This document shows, piece after piece, positions 11,969-25,737 of a DNA stretch of 60,000 bases (position 1 is the stretch's first letter; each line of letters starts with the position of its first letter). The notes under the pieces are model-generated. The model saw only the letters and a list, made by a program, of their open reading frames with translations, was not told the origin of the DNA and did not search any database. Source of the stretch: Lama guanicoe (lineage: Eukaryota); contig MU055753.1 in NCBI GenBank assembly GCA_013239625.1, positions 4,266,153 through 4,326,152 on the forward strand. The letters are read 5' to 3'. Both the position numbers and the translations under genes were made by a program.

Positions 11969-13309
11969 TGTGTATTTTTAATAGATTAGATTTTTCTATG
12001 TTTTTTCATCAGACAGGTGAAAAATCGTATCTGATAGTAGTTCTGATGTGCATTTGTCTTACGATTGAGGTTGACTGTGTTTTCCTGTTTTCAGAGCCAT
12101 CTGGATTTCCTTTTTAGTGAGCAACCTATTCATAACCTTTGCCTAATTTCCTCTTAGGTTGTTTGATTTTTTTCCTTACAGGTTTGAAAGAGCTTTTTAT
12201 ATATTTAGGATAAAAATAGACTTTTGTGACAAAGCTTTATACCCTTAGCCAGTTTGCCTCTGAGCCTAGATTTTTGTGGAGTTAAATTTCCAGTCTTTTC
12301 CTTTGTGGTTTCTGAGTTTTGTTATACATAGAAAGGCCTCCTGCTCTCCAAGAGTGTTAACAAAAAGAGTCTCTGGTGTTTTCCTGTGGAACATTTATTG
12401 TCTTGTTTTTAAACTGTGTTTACTTTGGTGTGAGGTGGAGGCTTCTACCAGGAGCTGGTCTTTTCTGGGCACTTGCTGAGGGTTTCGTGTGCCCCCATTG
12501 GCTCCTGGAGCCCTGTGCACCAGGCACTGTGGTGGGTAAGGAGGAGGTGAGAACATGGGTCCCATGGCTGGAGAGGGCTGGTTCAGGAGCCAAAATGACT
12601 TTCTCTTCCATATGGCTTCCTAGACCCGACATCATCTGATGGGAGTAATTCACCTCGCTCCTGCTGGTTAGTTCCACTGGCCTCTATCACATACTTAATT
12701 CCCATGTTTATCTGAGCTTATTTTTGGCTTTTCTTGCCTCTCCCAAGGCTCTGTCTTTCTGTGTGTGGGCACCACACTGGTGGGTTACTGTGACTTCATA
12801 CCCCGTTACACCACACAGTCGGATCAGTCCCTCGTCGCTTTTCTTCCGAATCACCCTGGCAGTTCTGCTCACCGTTCCCTGTAAACAGTAGTATTGACTG
12901 CATTAGGCCCCTTCCAGGCCATTGGCGGTGTTTTGGAGGCCACATTAAACCTGGTGATTCAGTAGGAAGAAAGGGCATCTTTATGTTGAATCTTCTTGTT
13001 CAGGAACAGTCTGTCCCCTTTTCATTCTCAGCTCCCTTGTTAGCATTTTGTTGTCTTCATGGGCCTCTTGCGTCCTGAAGTCTATAAACTTTATTTCTCT
13101 GGTAACAGGTTGTGTTTTGTACAGGAGGATGTTGGTATATGGAAGTTTAAAAATTCGTTCTTTTACCTATGCTTTTTGCAACCTAGTTGCCATCATACAC
13201 TAGTGATGAGGGTGTGTGTGTGTGTTTATATATAACCCCCCCTTTTTTTTTAACTTAGTAGCCAAAGCATTTCCCATGTTATCACAACTTACTGGAAACC
13301 ATAATTTAA

Positions 13310-13700
13310 AAAAAATTTTGTTATAAAAACAAGTAATATGAAATTTGCATTTTAACCATTTTAAGTGTACAATTTGGTGGCTTTAATTACATTCACTATA
13401 ATTAATTTGCTATATTGTGCACCCATCACCACTGTCTATTTTCAAAATTTTTCATTGCCTCAAACTGAAACTTGTACACATTAAGCAATAACTCCCAGTT
13501 TCCCCTGCCCTCAGCCTCTGGTAAGTGCTAATCTACTTTCTGTTTCTGTGCCTGTTGTAAATACTGCATATAAGTGCAATGTTTGTCCTTTTGTGTCTGG
13601 TTACTTAGCGTGATGTTTTCAAGTTTATCCACATTGTACTATCCACAACATCATCCCTCTTAATGGCTGAATAATAATTCCATTGTGTGCATATACCACA
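13310..13700 (-). mobile_element. Old L1 3' fragment
   Basis: ttttaaccattttaagtgtacaatt, ctaatctactttctgtttct, atggctgaataataattccattgt. Confidence 0.8.
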
Positions 13701-13718
13701 GTTTAGAAATCATCACTA

Positions 13719-13805
13719 TTTTTTTTAAACTGAGGTACTGGGGATTGAACCCAGGGCCTTCTGCATGCTAAACACGTGCTCTAGCACTGAGCTGTACCCT
13801 CTCCA
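13719..13805 (-). mobile_element. tRNA-derived SINE (short form)
   Basis: gaggtactggggattgaacccagggccttctgcatgctaaacacgtgctctagcactgagct; degenerate TSD agaaaYcRtcact. Confidence 0.85.
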
Positions 13806-13898
13806 CCAGAAACCGTCACTTTTAGTGTTTCTGCAATCATCCTGTATGTGGATGGATCCTGTTTTCTTAGCTTTTCTCCCCCTTTTGCCTTCTCTCAG

Positions 13899-13968
13899 GT
13901 AAGCCTCGTAGCAGATACGCTGTCAACAGCACCGGAGACCACGCAGAGGACCAGGACGGCGACTCCAA
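13899..13968 (+). CDS. NPRL3: NPRL3 coding exon 2
   Basis: (S)KPRSRYAVNSTGDHAEDQDGDS(K); tctctcag| ... AA|gtacgg. Confidence 0.95.
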
Positions 13969-15534
13969 GTACGGGCTCTGCAGTCACGCCAGGGCAGGCA
14001 CAGCCCCACCTCCTGTTGACCCAGCTGTTTTCTCCCCTGAGAAACCCCGTGTTCTTTGTTTCCATTTGTGGGTGTTTCAGGTAGCACAAAGCTGGGGGGA
14101 TGTTGCCAGCCTCTGGCTTGCTGCGTCATTCGGTCCCATGTTTCAGCTGTGGGCTGTGTGGTGGGTAATGCAGGTTGGAGACCAGGTGAGGCCAGAAACA
14201 TGGAGGACAGCAGACCCAGTGCTGTTCTCAGACCTTATTCCTCATGCGCGTGCCCAGAGGTCAAATGTAGGTACTTGGGTGCAGCGCAGCCTGTCCGGGT
14301 GGTGGTGTGGACCAAGAGCCAGAGCTGTTCTGACCCTTGATCTTCTCGGCCCAGGTGAAAGGCAGGTCCTCGCCTTCCTGTGTGTGCTTCCCGCTTCTCT
14401 CTGAGAAGTGCTATCAGGATGGCCACCACCAGGAATGGCCACCTTGGCCTTCCTATGTTCATTTTAAAGCTTAGTGAATGGTAACATAGGCCCAGACGAA
14501 GGAGGAAAGATTGTAAATTGCCTGTTCTGGGTCCCCCTGAACACAGCGGAGGCCTGTGTGAGGTTATGGATGTGGCCCTACTTTCCATGGGAGCAGAGTC
14601 GAGGCCCCTACCCTGGGTCTGGCTGTGCAGTGTGTTAGTGCAGCTCCCCTCAGCCCTAATGTGGCACCATGTTGAACGTTGTGTGGTTTTTATCCTTTTT
14701 GTAAGGATGTCAGGGGCCTCTGGCATGACCAGTAACTATCTTTGAGGGGAATGGGTTTTGGCAGAGGGCCCGGCAGGAGAGGGCAGGGGTGTGGGGGGCT
14801 TCGGGCATCCCGTGGATCATTCTGTTCAACACAGAGCCCTGTGGATGTCTGGTCCTTGAAAGTTGGCAATATTGAGAAAACTCTTATTTGTTCCTGACCC
14901 AGTGAGCGTGTTCTGTCCTCCACCTGTGTCTCAGGCAGTTTAGAGCAGGGCCGGCCACCTGCCTGCCTCCTTTTTGGTTTTGAGGCTTGGGCTGCTGAAG
15001 ACTTGGGAAGAACTCTTGGAAGAGTCCTGTGGAGGCCGGCGACACCAGTTCCTGCAGTTCCAGAGGCTTATGATGAAGTGACTGTGAAGGTGATTTCTAG
15101 GGAGTTCATTCAGTGCTGAGCGCAGTGAAGGAAAGAAACTGTGGGAGGGATTGAGACCTTCCGGGTCTCTTGGGGTCACAGATTGGCTTGTTCCCCAAGG
15201 AGAGCTGGGTCTCCTCAGACTCTTGTTCAACTTAAGAATGACTCTACTGGTGATTTTAGCACATTGTGGCCCTGAGGATCCCACTCCCCACCATACACTG
15301 CAGAGGTGCAGGGTGATACCGCAAGCTGGCCCGGCCCAGACGTCTTCCTGGAGCAGTGCTGTTCCTCTTGCTTGTCTGTCATTCTCAAAGGTGCCTTTTC
15401 TTCTGGAACCAGTGGATGTTCCTGCTTGTCAGTTTGCCAGATTGAAGCCACATTGAGAGGCCAGGTAGATGACCTCTGAGCTTAGTGGTGGCCCCTCAGA
15501 GCAGTGAGGATGCAGACCTGTGCTGCTTGGCATT

Positions 15535-15730
15535 AGAGCCACTGGCCGGTGTGGCCTTTAAATTGAATGGGACTGAAATGGAATAAAATTAGAAATTGAG
15601 TTCCTCAGTTGCAGCAGCCACATTTCAGGTGCTCAGTGACCACATGTAACCAGTTGCTCCTGTGGTGAATGCTACAGATTTAGAATCTTTCTATCACATA
15701 GAAAGATATTTTGGAGGCACTGGCTTAGAG
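15535..15730. mobile_element. hAT-Charlie DNA transposon relic (MER3/MER33-like)
   Basis: aaattagaaattgagttcctcagttgcagcagccacatttcaggtgctcagtgaccacatgt...tttctatcacatagaaag. Confidence 0.7.
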
Positions 15731-18700
15731 AGCAGGCTAGTTTTATGAGGTGAATCTTCACAGTGATGTGTTTCAGGGTATGAGAGTCGACTGCCACATT
15801 TTTTTAAATCCTTTTCTAAAATTCAGTAGGGAGAGAAGAAAATGGATAATTGTCCATTTCCTCTGAGACTTGAAAGTCAAGTTTAGAAAAGGTGCTGCGT
15901 TCCTTTTGGGAGCTTGGCCTTGCAGGAGTCGTGACTGAGATGCTCAGTGGCGTCATGCGGTTTTGATAAGCAAGGCCTTTACCTGTGGGGACCACATTTG
16001 ATCTTGTTGGCACAGTTTCAGTAGAAGATCGATACTTGTGTGCAGGCGTTCATCTAGTACGTGTGGTGCTGGGCTCTGACCCAGGTCTTCCATCCTCACT
16101 CTGGCTTCTGGAAACTGACTCATTCTTGCCCAGCCAGTGTCCAAACATGAAGATTTGAGCTTTAGTGAGAAGACTATGTGGTGAGTCTTAACACTTGGGG
16201 AATGTTTGGTAAGTGGCTTAGCCTTGACCTTAGCAGTTAAGGCCGAATGATGGTACTTCTGCCAGACCTTAGTGCTGTGTTGATAAAATGACTTTTAGAA
16301 TCAGTGTATTTTTGTTTGGTCTTGATGGTTCTGTTCCTATCTCAGTGAGCCTGAGCTCCAGTCAATGGGTGGTTGGCTGCAGGGCAAGACCACGACTTCT
16401 GCTCCCTCCTGTGTCTTTCTTGGTATGGTGCTGAGCTCCTGAGTCCCTCAGTGTTGGAGAAGGACTAGCGAGGCACACAGGCTCTGGCTCCAAGCTCACT
16501 GCCCCAGTTCCCCTAGAGTTCCCAGGCTTACCCCAACCCTTGCCCTTTCTCCACTGGAGTTAGTTAGCTGTTTCATGTCACCTGAGAGCCAGGATAGGTT
16601 GGCTGGCACTGGGGGCTTCTGGGACCAGGACCAGGCATGCACCCAAATCCCCTCCTCCAGTCAAGTGCAGCACCCCAGGAAGGTGGTAAGCAGGCAGGAC
16701 CAGGGTTGCTGCTGCCCCACCAAGAGAGACTCTTGATCATTGCTCCTTGCCTTCATTTCTCAGAGGGCTTTGGTGGGGGTCTCTCCCAAGGGCTGGGTGT
16801 TCAGTGTGATGCTTGGGCTTAGGTGCTGTTGTGTGAGCCCATCGGAGGCAAAGACCCTCCCTGAGGTTTATATGGCACTTCTTCAGGGGGCAAGGATATG
16901 GCGAGACCCTTCTGTCCTCAGGGCTTCCCTCCTGGATGCTGCAGGTGCCCAGTGCATCTGTGAGCCTCTAGAATTAGGCGAGGGTGGGAGGGAGCGGGAT
17001 ATGAGCAGAGTCGAACTCCCTTCTGTGCTGTCCCTCCCCCTCTTTTTTTAGCTAAACCAGCCCCATTCCTAAGTGTCTCAGTGGGAATGGAAGGTCTTGG
17101 CTTGTTTTCCAGCCAGGCTGGTTCATCTTCCTAAACGTGTTCTTTTTTTAAATCTCTAAGTTATTCCAGGATTGTTAGTTGTTGTAACAGCTATTTTATT
17201 GTGTATTTACCAAGCCTTTCACCATTAAAACAAGGGAAAAGGATTTTTGTAAATTTTGGAAACAACAAACAAATGTTGTCACTTGTTTTTGTTTCAGTTT
17301 GCTATTTATAGCAGTGATGTCCCCAACAGCAAATCTCATGGTATAACTCTGTGTCTTTGTGTGTGTTGTGTCAGCAGATACTAAAGTATAAAGCCACTCA
17401 AGTGTTTTTTTTTTTTATCATAACTATGTAATACTAAGCTCTGGTGAGTGAATTTCTGTGTGGGCCAGACTTGCTCAGACAATGCAAAGTGGCAGTGGGC
17501 CCTCCCCGAGTGGCCACTTAGGGCAGTGTGGCTCTTACCTTGAACAGTGCAGGGCATTCTGGTTGGCCCTCACAGACCCTGACCTCTCTGGACTCAAGTA
17601 GGGAAGCACTTTTTATTGGGCTCTTGGACGGGTGCCTTTGGATTTGGACATTTATAGACATGAACTTGGCCACAGCTGCGGGCCTCTGAATCTCAGGACC
17701 CATCCCCTAGCCCACTTAGGTTCCTGGACTGGTGGCCAAGGGCCAGGCTCAGGCCCATCAGAGCAGAGGTTTTTAGTGGAGATTTTGGGATATCACAGGG
17801 AAAAGTGAACTCTCTTGGGTGGTGGGAGGTTGTTTTTCTCTCTGTTATCTTTATGTCCCTGAGTCACTGGGTGGCAGAGTAGAGTGCTGTTTGTTACAAC
17901 AGGATGGTGACTGTGGGCACTGGACCAGTTGCTGGGGCAGCAGCCTGTGTTAGGGCTCCATCACCCTGGGCCCTCCCTCCCCATCACTGTGCCCTCAGAC
18001 AGGATTGCAGGGCAGAGTGAGCCACTGAGAGTTTTCAAAGAAAGCATACAACGCTTCTGGTCTGAGACACTGGAATCTTCCATCTCTGATTTAATCACTC
18101 TGGAGAGCAGTATTCCAGGGAAGGAGAAACGCACCATGGGAGGCCAGGGGCTCAGGCTGCGGGCCTCACAATCCCAGAATGTCTCTGATGACATCAGTGT
18201 GGGAAGGTGTGGCTGCAGTCCTGACTGTGTGAGAGGCAAGGCAGCCCACTCTGACCAAACCCTTTGTGTGGGGCCACAGGGCGATCTTGTACATCTAGAG
18301 GACCATGTTGGTCCTGAAGGAAGGCTGGACACCAGCGTGACCCCCATCCTGGGCCTTAGCAGATCTTAGCAGATCCCTGCCTGCTGGTGGGGGGAGGCTT
18401 AGGAAGTGCCACCTCTGCTTGTCTATATTTTATTTTGTCTTGTGTTGGTTGAGTGTGCCTCGGCTCCTGCTGCAGGGGCTCCAGGTCCCTCCTGCATTGG
18501 GTATGAGCCCTGCCATGTGCCAGGAGCCCAGAGTGCATGGCTCCTTCCTAGATCCCTTTATCCCAAGGCTTGTGCTGTCTCAGAGTTGACTTGAAGATTG
18601 GCAGCAGACCTTCCCTTTTCTCCGGAAGATGGAGGTTCTGGAGCTTGCCTGCCTTCCCCCAGAGTGAGGTTCTCCTGAGAGAAGTGTCTGGTGTGGTGCC

Positions 18701-18899
18701 TGATTCACCAAAGCCCCTCAGGAAGGCCCAGGACTCATCCTGAGTGTTTGTCCCCCACAGCCTTTTCAGAACTGTTGGAGTCTCCCTGACCAGGGGCAGA
18801 GTATGGCCCTGGGGGAGCTGGAACCCCCTGCCCAGCTCAGTGTGCCCTCCAACCTGGATGTTGGAAATGCTTCCCCAGGTGGAGAAATGAGCACAGGAC

Positions 18900-19100
18900 T
18901 TGTCTGCCTTCTGGCTCCAGATTAGACTGGGTGCATCAGTGTTTCTGGAGTGGACCCGCACCCCCCGCCCCAGCCTGGGCTCTGAGATAAGAGTGACTGC
19001 ACTCTCCTCCCTGTGGTGACTCTCTTATCCAGATCCTCATGGGCAGGAAGGAGATGTGAATGTGCAGATGCACCTGGAAGAGGGGTGACCCGGCAGTTTT
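18900..19100. promoter_or_regulatory. Candidate alpha-globin enhancer MCS-R3 (HS-33 equivalent)
   Basis: CTG-N7-AGATAA composite (18975-18990), second GATA-like CTTATC (19024-19029), CACCC/GC box (about 18959-18971); about 0.75 kb before the exon at 19741, the syntenic position. Confidence 0.65.
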
Positions 19101-19738
19101 AGAGGGATCATATCCAAATCTGCTCTTACACACACCCCGGCCATTCCTCCTCCTCCGTGGTGTCCAGTCCTGTGCATCCCTATGTCCACATCAGTCAGTG
19201 GATCTTCAATCTTGTGCATCTTAGAAGTTTATTCCCTAATAAATACTGGAAGGTTTAAGTGTTCAGGATGAGGGAGAGACGGGGCAGCCATGCTGTGAGG
19301 GGAGTCATTAGTGCTGTCCCCTCGGCCTTCATACAGTCCTGAGGGGTGGGGGTCCTGGGCCAGTTGGGAGAGGCTGCCATGCCTGTAAGCCTTAACGAGG
19401 GCCCCTGGGGCAGTGCAGCTCCAGCTGCTGTTCCTCTTCTCGAAGCAAACTGCACCTCACTCCTTCCTGCGTTTCCTGGAGCATGCCCAGAACTGACAGC
19501 GTATCCCATCGGAGCTGCTCATGCCTTTCACCTTGCAATTCTGGTGGTTCTGTGTCCCTGCTTGCGGTGTCCCTGCTTGCGGGGATTGCTTCAGAGGGGC
19601 GGCTGATGAAAGCTTCCAGGTCAGCGGTGGGGGCAGAGCCCCCTCCCATACAGCTGCTGTGTGCTGAGACCCCCTCACCCTCAAGGTCAGCGATGGCACT
19701 TGGTTAACTTACTTCTATTCTCCATTTTTTTAATTTGA

Positions 19739-19987
<249 letters not shown>

Positions 19988-20687
19988 TAGGGTCCAGCAG
20001 AGGAGGAGGTGGGCATCCTCGCCCTGGGGTCTCAGGCTCTGCCCTTAGCGTGGGCTGTTTGCAGTCTGCATTTCTACTGACTGTGGCCTTCCCTTTTACA
20101 TAGAGGATGCCAGTTTTGATGGGGGAGGCCGGGAGAATGAGTTCAGCAGAGTTTATCAGAGTAATGTAAGCATTTCTTCTCACCTATTAAATGATACCAT
20201 AGTCAATATTATTACTAACTTAGCTCTTCCTGTTGTGCTAAACCTGCTATATGCATTCTCTGGTAAAGTCTGAATACGGTTACCCAAGGGAATTTGCCAG
20301 TCCTTTGAATACAAGTGGAATCAGCGACAGCGTCACTTAGGTTCTGAAGGATTTTGATGTGACAGCGTAAGATTTAACTCCACTTATCTGATTCAGAAAT
20401 GGCGTGAGAGTCTGTGATATGTTCCTCAGATCCTCCTCATGGCTCAGCCCGTATGTACGAGGAGCTTCTGAGACAGCTGGAGATGCCCGGAGAGGGGCCA
20501 TGGCTGGGTACCCAGCCCCGTGGTAGCAGCCTCTCTGCTCAGACAAGGCTCAGCCCTACTGATGGCCTGTGGGTAGTGGGGGAGCTTTAGCAGCCTGCTG
20601 ACAGTCTTCACCTGCAGAACCTCCTGGAGGGACAAGGGTGGTGATAGGTCTTGTGGGGGTGGTCTAGGGGGAGTGGGCCCAGGACTC

Positions 20688-20706
20688 CTGTGCCCCCTGG
20701 TGGCAA
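20688..20706 (-). promoter_or_regulatory. CTCF motif (reverse)
   Basis: Reverse complement TTGCCACCAGGGGGCACAG, close to consensus TGGCCACCAGGGGGCGCTA. Confidence 0.65.
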
Positions 20707-21163
20707 CATTTGCAGGCAGCTTGGTGTTTCAGGCCTGGGCTGGCTGGCAGTCCTGTGTGTCTGCTGGGTGGGAGCAGAGGTGGCCTGGAAGGACTTAGGT
20801 GGACGCAAGGTGGCGGGGGGGGGAAGGGAGGGTCTGGGCAGGAAGCATTCATCCACGTGAGCCCCTCTCCATCCCTTCTCCTTTGGGCATCTCGCTCAGC
20901 TCACTCTAGGTGACCTGAGCAGTCTGGTCACTTCGGGTCATAGCTCTGACCTTCCTACTCTTTTCTCCACTGTGACTGTCCATGCCACCAGCATTTCCCT
21001 ATACAGAGGCGCTGGCCATTTCTCAAAGACGCTTGGGCTGGGCTCTCTGTTTCTCTGGTTCTGCTGTATTCTGGAACATTTTCCCCACCTGAAGTAGAAT
21101 AGCTCTATGTTGCTTTTCTTGGGCCATGGTGACTCATTCATTAGAACTGTGCCTCTTTCTCAG

Positions 21164-21238
21164 GTCTCCAAGACAGACCCGTCTCCAAAGAGGGAAGCTC
21201 CCACCATGATTCTTTTCAATGTGGTGTTTGCACTTAGG
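21164..21238 (+). CDS. NPRL3: NPRL3 coding exon 4
   Basis: [25 protein letters not shown]; donor |gtgagt. Confidence 0.97.
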
Positions 21239-21459
21239 GTGAGTGTGAAATGGTTGAAGGGCATGGGCAGATCAGGGAGGAGGGCCTGGGAGGAGGAGTG
21301 GGAGGAGGGGGAAGGGTAGCAGCTCATTTCCTGGGACTGTGTCTTAGACTCAGATCTCAGACCACTGTGGGCACGGCTCTAGCCCCTCCTGGGGCACTGA
21401 CCCCTCCTGGGGCTCTGAAAGAATCTACCCTCATTGTTTCCCTCTTTTTTTTAAAAAAA

Positions 21460-22105
21460 ATAAAATATGCATAGCATAAAATTTATCATTTTAACCATTT
21501 TAGAGTGATATTTTGGTGGCCTCTGGTACCAATGCTGTGTAACCATCACAACTATCTAGTTTTCACTGCCCCAGAAGGAGACTAGTTACTCACCATTCTC
21601 TCCCCTCCCTCAGCCCCTGGAAACTACCAGTCTGCTTTCTCTTTCCATGAATTTACTTATTCTGCATATTTCATATAAATAGGGTCCTATAATATGTGAC
21701 CTTTGGTGTTTGGCTTCTCACTTAACATGATTTTGAGATTCATCCATGTTGTAATGTGTATCAGTACTTGATTCCTTTTTATGGCCCAGTCATATTCCGT
21801 TGTACAGATAGAGCACACTTGGTTTATCCATTCGTCTGTTGGTAGACTTTTGGCTATTAAGGACAATGATGTTAAGGACATTTGTGTATAGTGTTGTGTG
21901 GACACGTGTTTTCACTTCCCTTGGGTGGACACCTAGGAGTGGAGTTGCTGGATCACGGGGAAACTCTGTGTTTAACCTTTGGGCGAACCAGCAGGCTGCT
22001 CCATAGCAGCTGCACCATCTCCCATCTGTGTCTCCCCTGCTTTGCATGAGGCTTCCAGTTTCTCCACATCCTTGCCAGCACTTGTTATGTTCTGTTGTTT
22101 TATAA
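21460..22105 (-). mobile_element. Old L1 (L1MB-like) 3' fragment
   Basis: Typical L1M 3' UTR motifs; ORF-track peptide TDEWINQV...WMNLKIMLSEK is a hallmark. Confidence 0.85.
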
Positions 22106-24479
22106 TTAAGCCTAATTGTTTTCTTAAAACAGTTCTCAGCCCTTTCTGCAGTTGTGTTTTTACTAGGTACAGGAAATTTCTTTTCAGTAAAGCTGTCAAA
22201 ATACAAGGAATCCAAAAAACATAAAAAGCACCCCTGGGTAAGGACTGGCTTATCTTGTGGAGGGACTTTGAAATTAAGGAAACTTACATTCAGTGCTGTT
22301 AGATAGCAGCATTCCTCAGAAGCGCCCCACTATCAGTTTTCACCACAGGATCCAGTAGACCTTTCTGGCTGGGCACACGTAATCTGCGTGACGGCTTTTG
22401 TACAGAAGTGTCAGCGAGGAAGTGACAGGTCTCGGTGATGAGGAACTGTGTGCTCTGGAACCTTCGGGATGGCAGAAGTGAGCCCGGGCAGGAAGGGAAC
22501 CGGTGGCATCAGATGCTGGGCTCCGTCTCAGTGCTTTTTCCCACCCAGGCTGTTTTGGTGTGGAGATGTTCTCTCTTGAACGGTTCAGAATTAAAATAAC
22601 GTGAGGGAAAAGCTCCTAAATGGGGCTTTCTCCATTCTGCATGGAGCTTCATTTTTAAAACTGCCCCCCTTTTTGGTAAATAAAGAGCTGTGAGTAAAAA
22701 GAGAATGATCTGTTCATGGTGGCTGTCCCTGGGCTGAGGAGCCCAGAGGAGAGGTTTGCTTTCTGCTCAGTGCACTTTTACAGTGTCTGCATTTTCATGG
22801 AATCCTTTCATTGCTCACATCATCACACAATCCAGATACCCACACAGAGGACTTAGTTAGGAACACACAAGCCAAAACCATGACCAGCACTGTCCCTTCT
22901 GTCAGCGCTGACAGCCCCTGTGGGATGGGCTGAGAGCAGCAGGCCCTTGTCTCTGGGGAGCTCTGTGTGAGAGCAGCATGTCTGACATCCTTGGACAGGA
23001 CAATCAAGGAGACAGGCAGATATTAAAGTTGTACAAAGATTTTTATACTAAGAAGTAGGCTGGAAATAATCCTGGTACCTGGTGGTTGGGGAACAATTGG
23101 ACAAGGTGGTGGTCATTATATCCTGGCATTTCCTGTGGCCATTAAAAGATGAGAAGTAGGGGTGCGGCTGGAACCAGGAGGAGCCACTTTGAAGCAGTAG
23201 ACTTCAGATCACACAGGCCATATGTCAGGCAGGGGAGAGATTTTAAATAACGTAAAGGGTGGAGAAGTTTTTTATTCTTCTTTTCAGTAGTCATGTAAAA
23301 ATGTACACTGTTTTTACTTTGAAATGCCTTAAACACACCCCACCAATGACAGTAGATTGCTAGCCCTTGTGCACTGTCTGAGGTCCCACACCTGCCACCT
23401 TTGCACCCTGGCTCCATCTGCTCCCAACCTCGTTGCTCCAGTATTTCAAGTCTCAGACCTCATGTCTGTTCACTCCTGCACACTTCAGAAGGGATCTCTG
23501 TAGAAGTGTGGACATTTATTTTATATCACACCTGACAAAACTTACCATAAATTGGCATCTAGCACCTGGCCCACTGAAGTTCCCCATGTGCCACAGCGCT
23601 TTTCCAGTTGGCCTGTCTGAACCGGCATGAGGCCCAACTCACACGAGCTTGACGGGTTGTGTCTCAGGCCCTGCCTTCTGGGATGCTGTCCTCCTCTGTC
23701 CCATGGAGTGGTCCACGGTCTGACCCATCTCAGTGTGCAGTCAGACTTGCTCCATGTCCCTGTGTTTCCTGCAAACTGGGTTTGAGCTCTGGAGGCCTGA
23801 CTGTATTTGGGGACGAGTGTTAAGGGGTGAGAAGGTCTCACAGGTGATGCCCTGCACTTCATGCTGCTTCACATCCTGTGCAGGGAGAGTGGGGTGTTTC
23901 TCAGAGCTTCCACTCAGGGCTGGTACATCCTAGATGGTCACTTTCTCAGCGTGACCACATGTAGCCCAGGTTCTGTGGGCACCCTGAGCGGTGCCTGTCC
24001 TGTGCAGCCACTTGGGACACCTGGGCAGCCTTGGTCAGTGCAGGTCGTCTGGCTTGGCCTTGCTTGTCCAGGACTGTGAGCGAGTGGGCCCGGGTGTCTT
24101 ACTTGGGACACAGTCATGCCCCAGCCACTCAGACCTCTGATAGAGGGCCAGGCTCTCTGGAGTGACTGGATTACCGCTTCAAGGGAATAATCACATCACA
24201 GATCATTCTCCTCCCTCTGCTTTGCTGGTGAGAGGACTTTTACAAAGATTCTTCTAAAATCCAAAACTGGAAAAATTTTGTTTTGAGGCCATTGTATATA
24301 CCCTGTAACCCAGACCCTCCAGTCCTGTGACCTTCTGGGGGCACTGTTGAGAACCTCTCCTTGGTGTGTAGGGGCAGGGCTACTGCCCATTATGGGCATG
24401 GCATGGAGTCAGCGCTCAGGCCTCTCCCCAGCACAGGTGTGCTTCCAGGTGTGAGTTCTGCCTGTGAACGTGAGATCTG

Positions 24480-24810
24480 CTGGGTGTTTAGAATGTGTCT
24501 TCAGCTCCAGGTGATGCAGGTGTTCTGAGTCAAGGTCAGGTTTTGGCCCAGAGGTCTGGCTGTGGACAGTCTGTGGGCTGGGCCCTGCCTGCCAGATAAG
24601 CAGGAGGGGAGGCAGCACCCGGGGTTCTAATCTGCACCACCCGTCCCTCCTCCCACCTGCACCAGCAGGGTGACTCAGCGTCCCTGTGGCCTGCTGGAGT
24701 GCTGAGTCATGGTGGGCCGGTTATCTGCCTCTGCTCCACCCTTGCCCTGGGTGGATGCACCAGCCCAGCCTGCCTGTGGCCCCTGATAGGTCCCAGAGTC
24801 AGCAGAGGGG
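24480..24810. promoter_or_regulatory. Alpha-globin major regulatory element MCS-R2 (HS-40 orthologue)
   Basis: Same motif order as HS-40: AGATAA 24594-24599, TAATCT 24628-24633, paired NF-E2/AP-1 sites TGACTCAGC 24671-24679 and TGCTGAGTCAT 24700-24710, TTATCT 24721-24726, CCACCC 24736-24741, TGATAG 24784-24789; about 0.8 kb before the exon at 25489. Confidence 0.95.
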
Positions 24811-25209
24811 TGCAGAGGGAGCTTGGCCGGGGGCTGGGGGTGGGTGGTGGTGCCTGGAGCCTGTTGGCTTCTGTTAGCCATGGTCACTTCTGCTCGAAGA
24901 GCTTCTGATCCTGAGGACAGAAGGTCCTTATTGAACAGTCTATCTGATGCTTCTGTTTCTCACACCATGTGTCCCTGTTTTAATGTGGGCTGTGTGGCCC
25001 AGTTCTCAGTTTTGTCCACCAACACTCAGCAGTGCACTGGTGACTGCAGACACTGCCAGGGGCCTTGCTCTGAGTGAGCTCTGTCCTAAGCACTTGACTA
25101 ATAATTGGTGAGGGAGATGCCACTGTTATCCTCGCTCAGCTGGGACCTGTGACCCAGGGTCAAGCAGCAGGCGAGTAGTGGCCACTGGGCTGCCCCTACC
25201 AGGCCCTGA

Positions 25210-25737
<528 letters not shown>

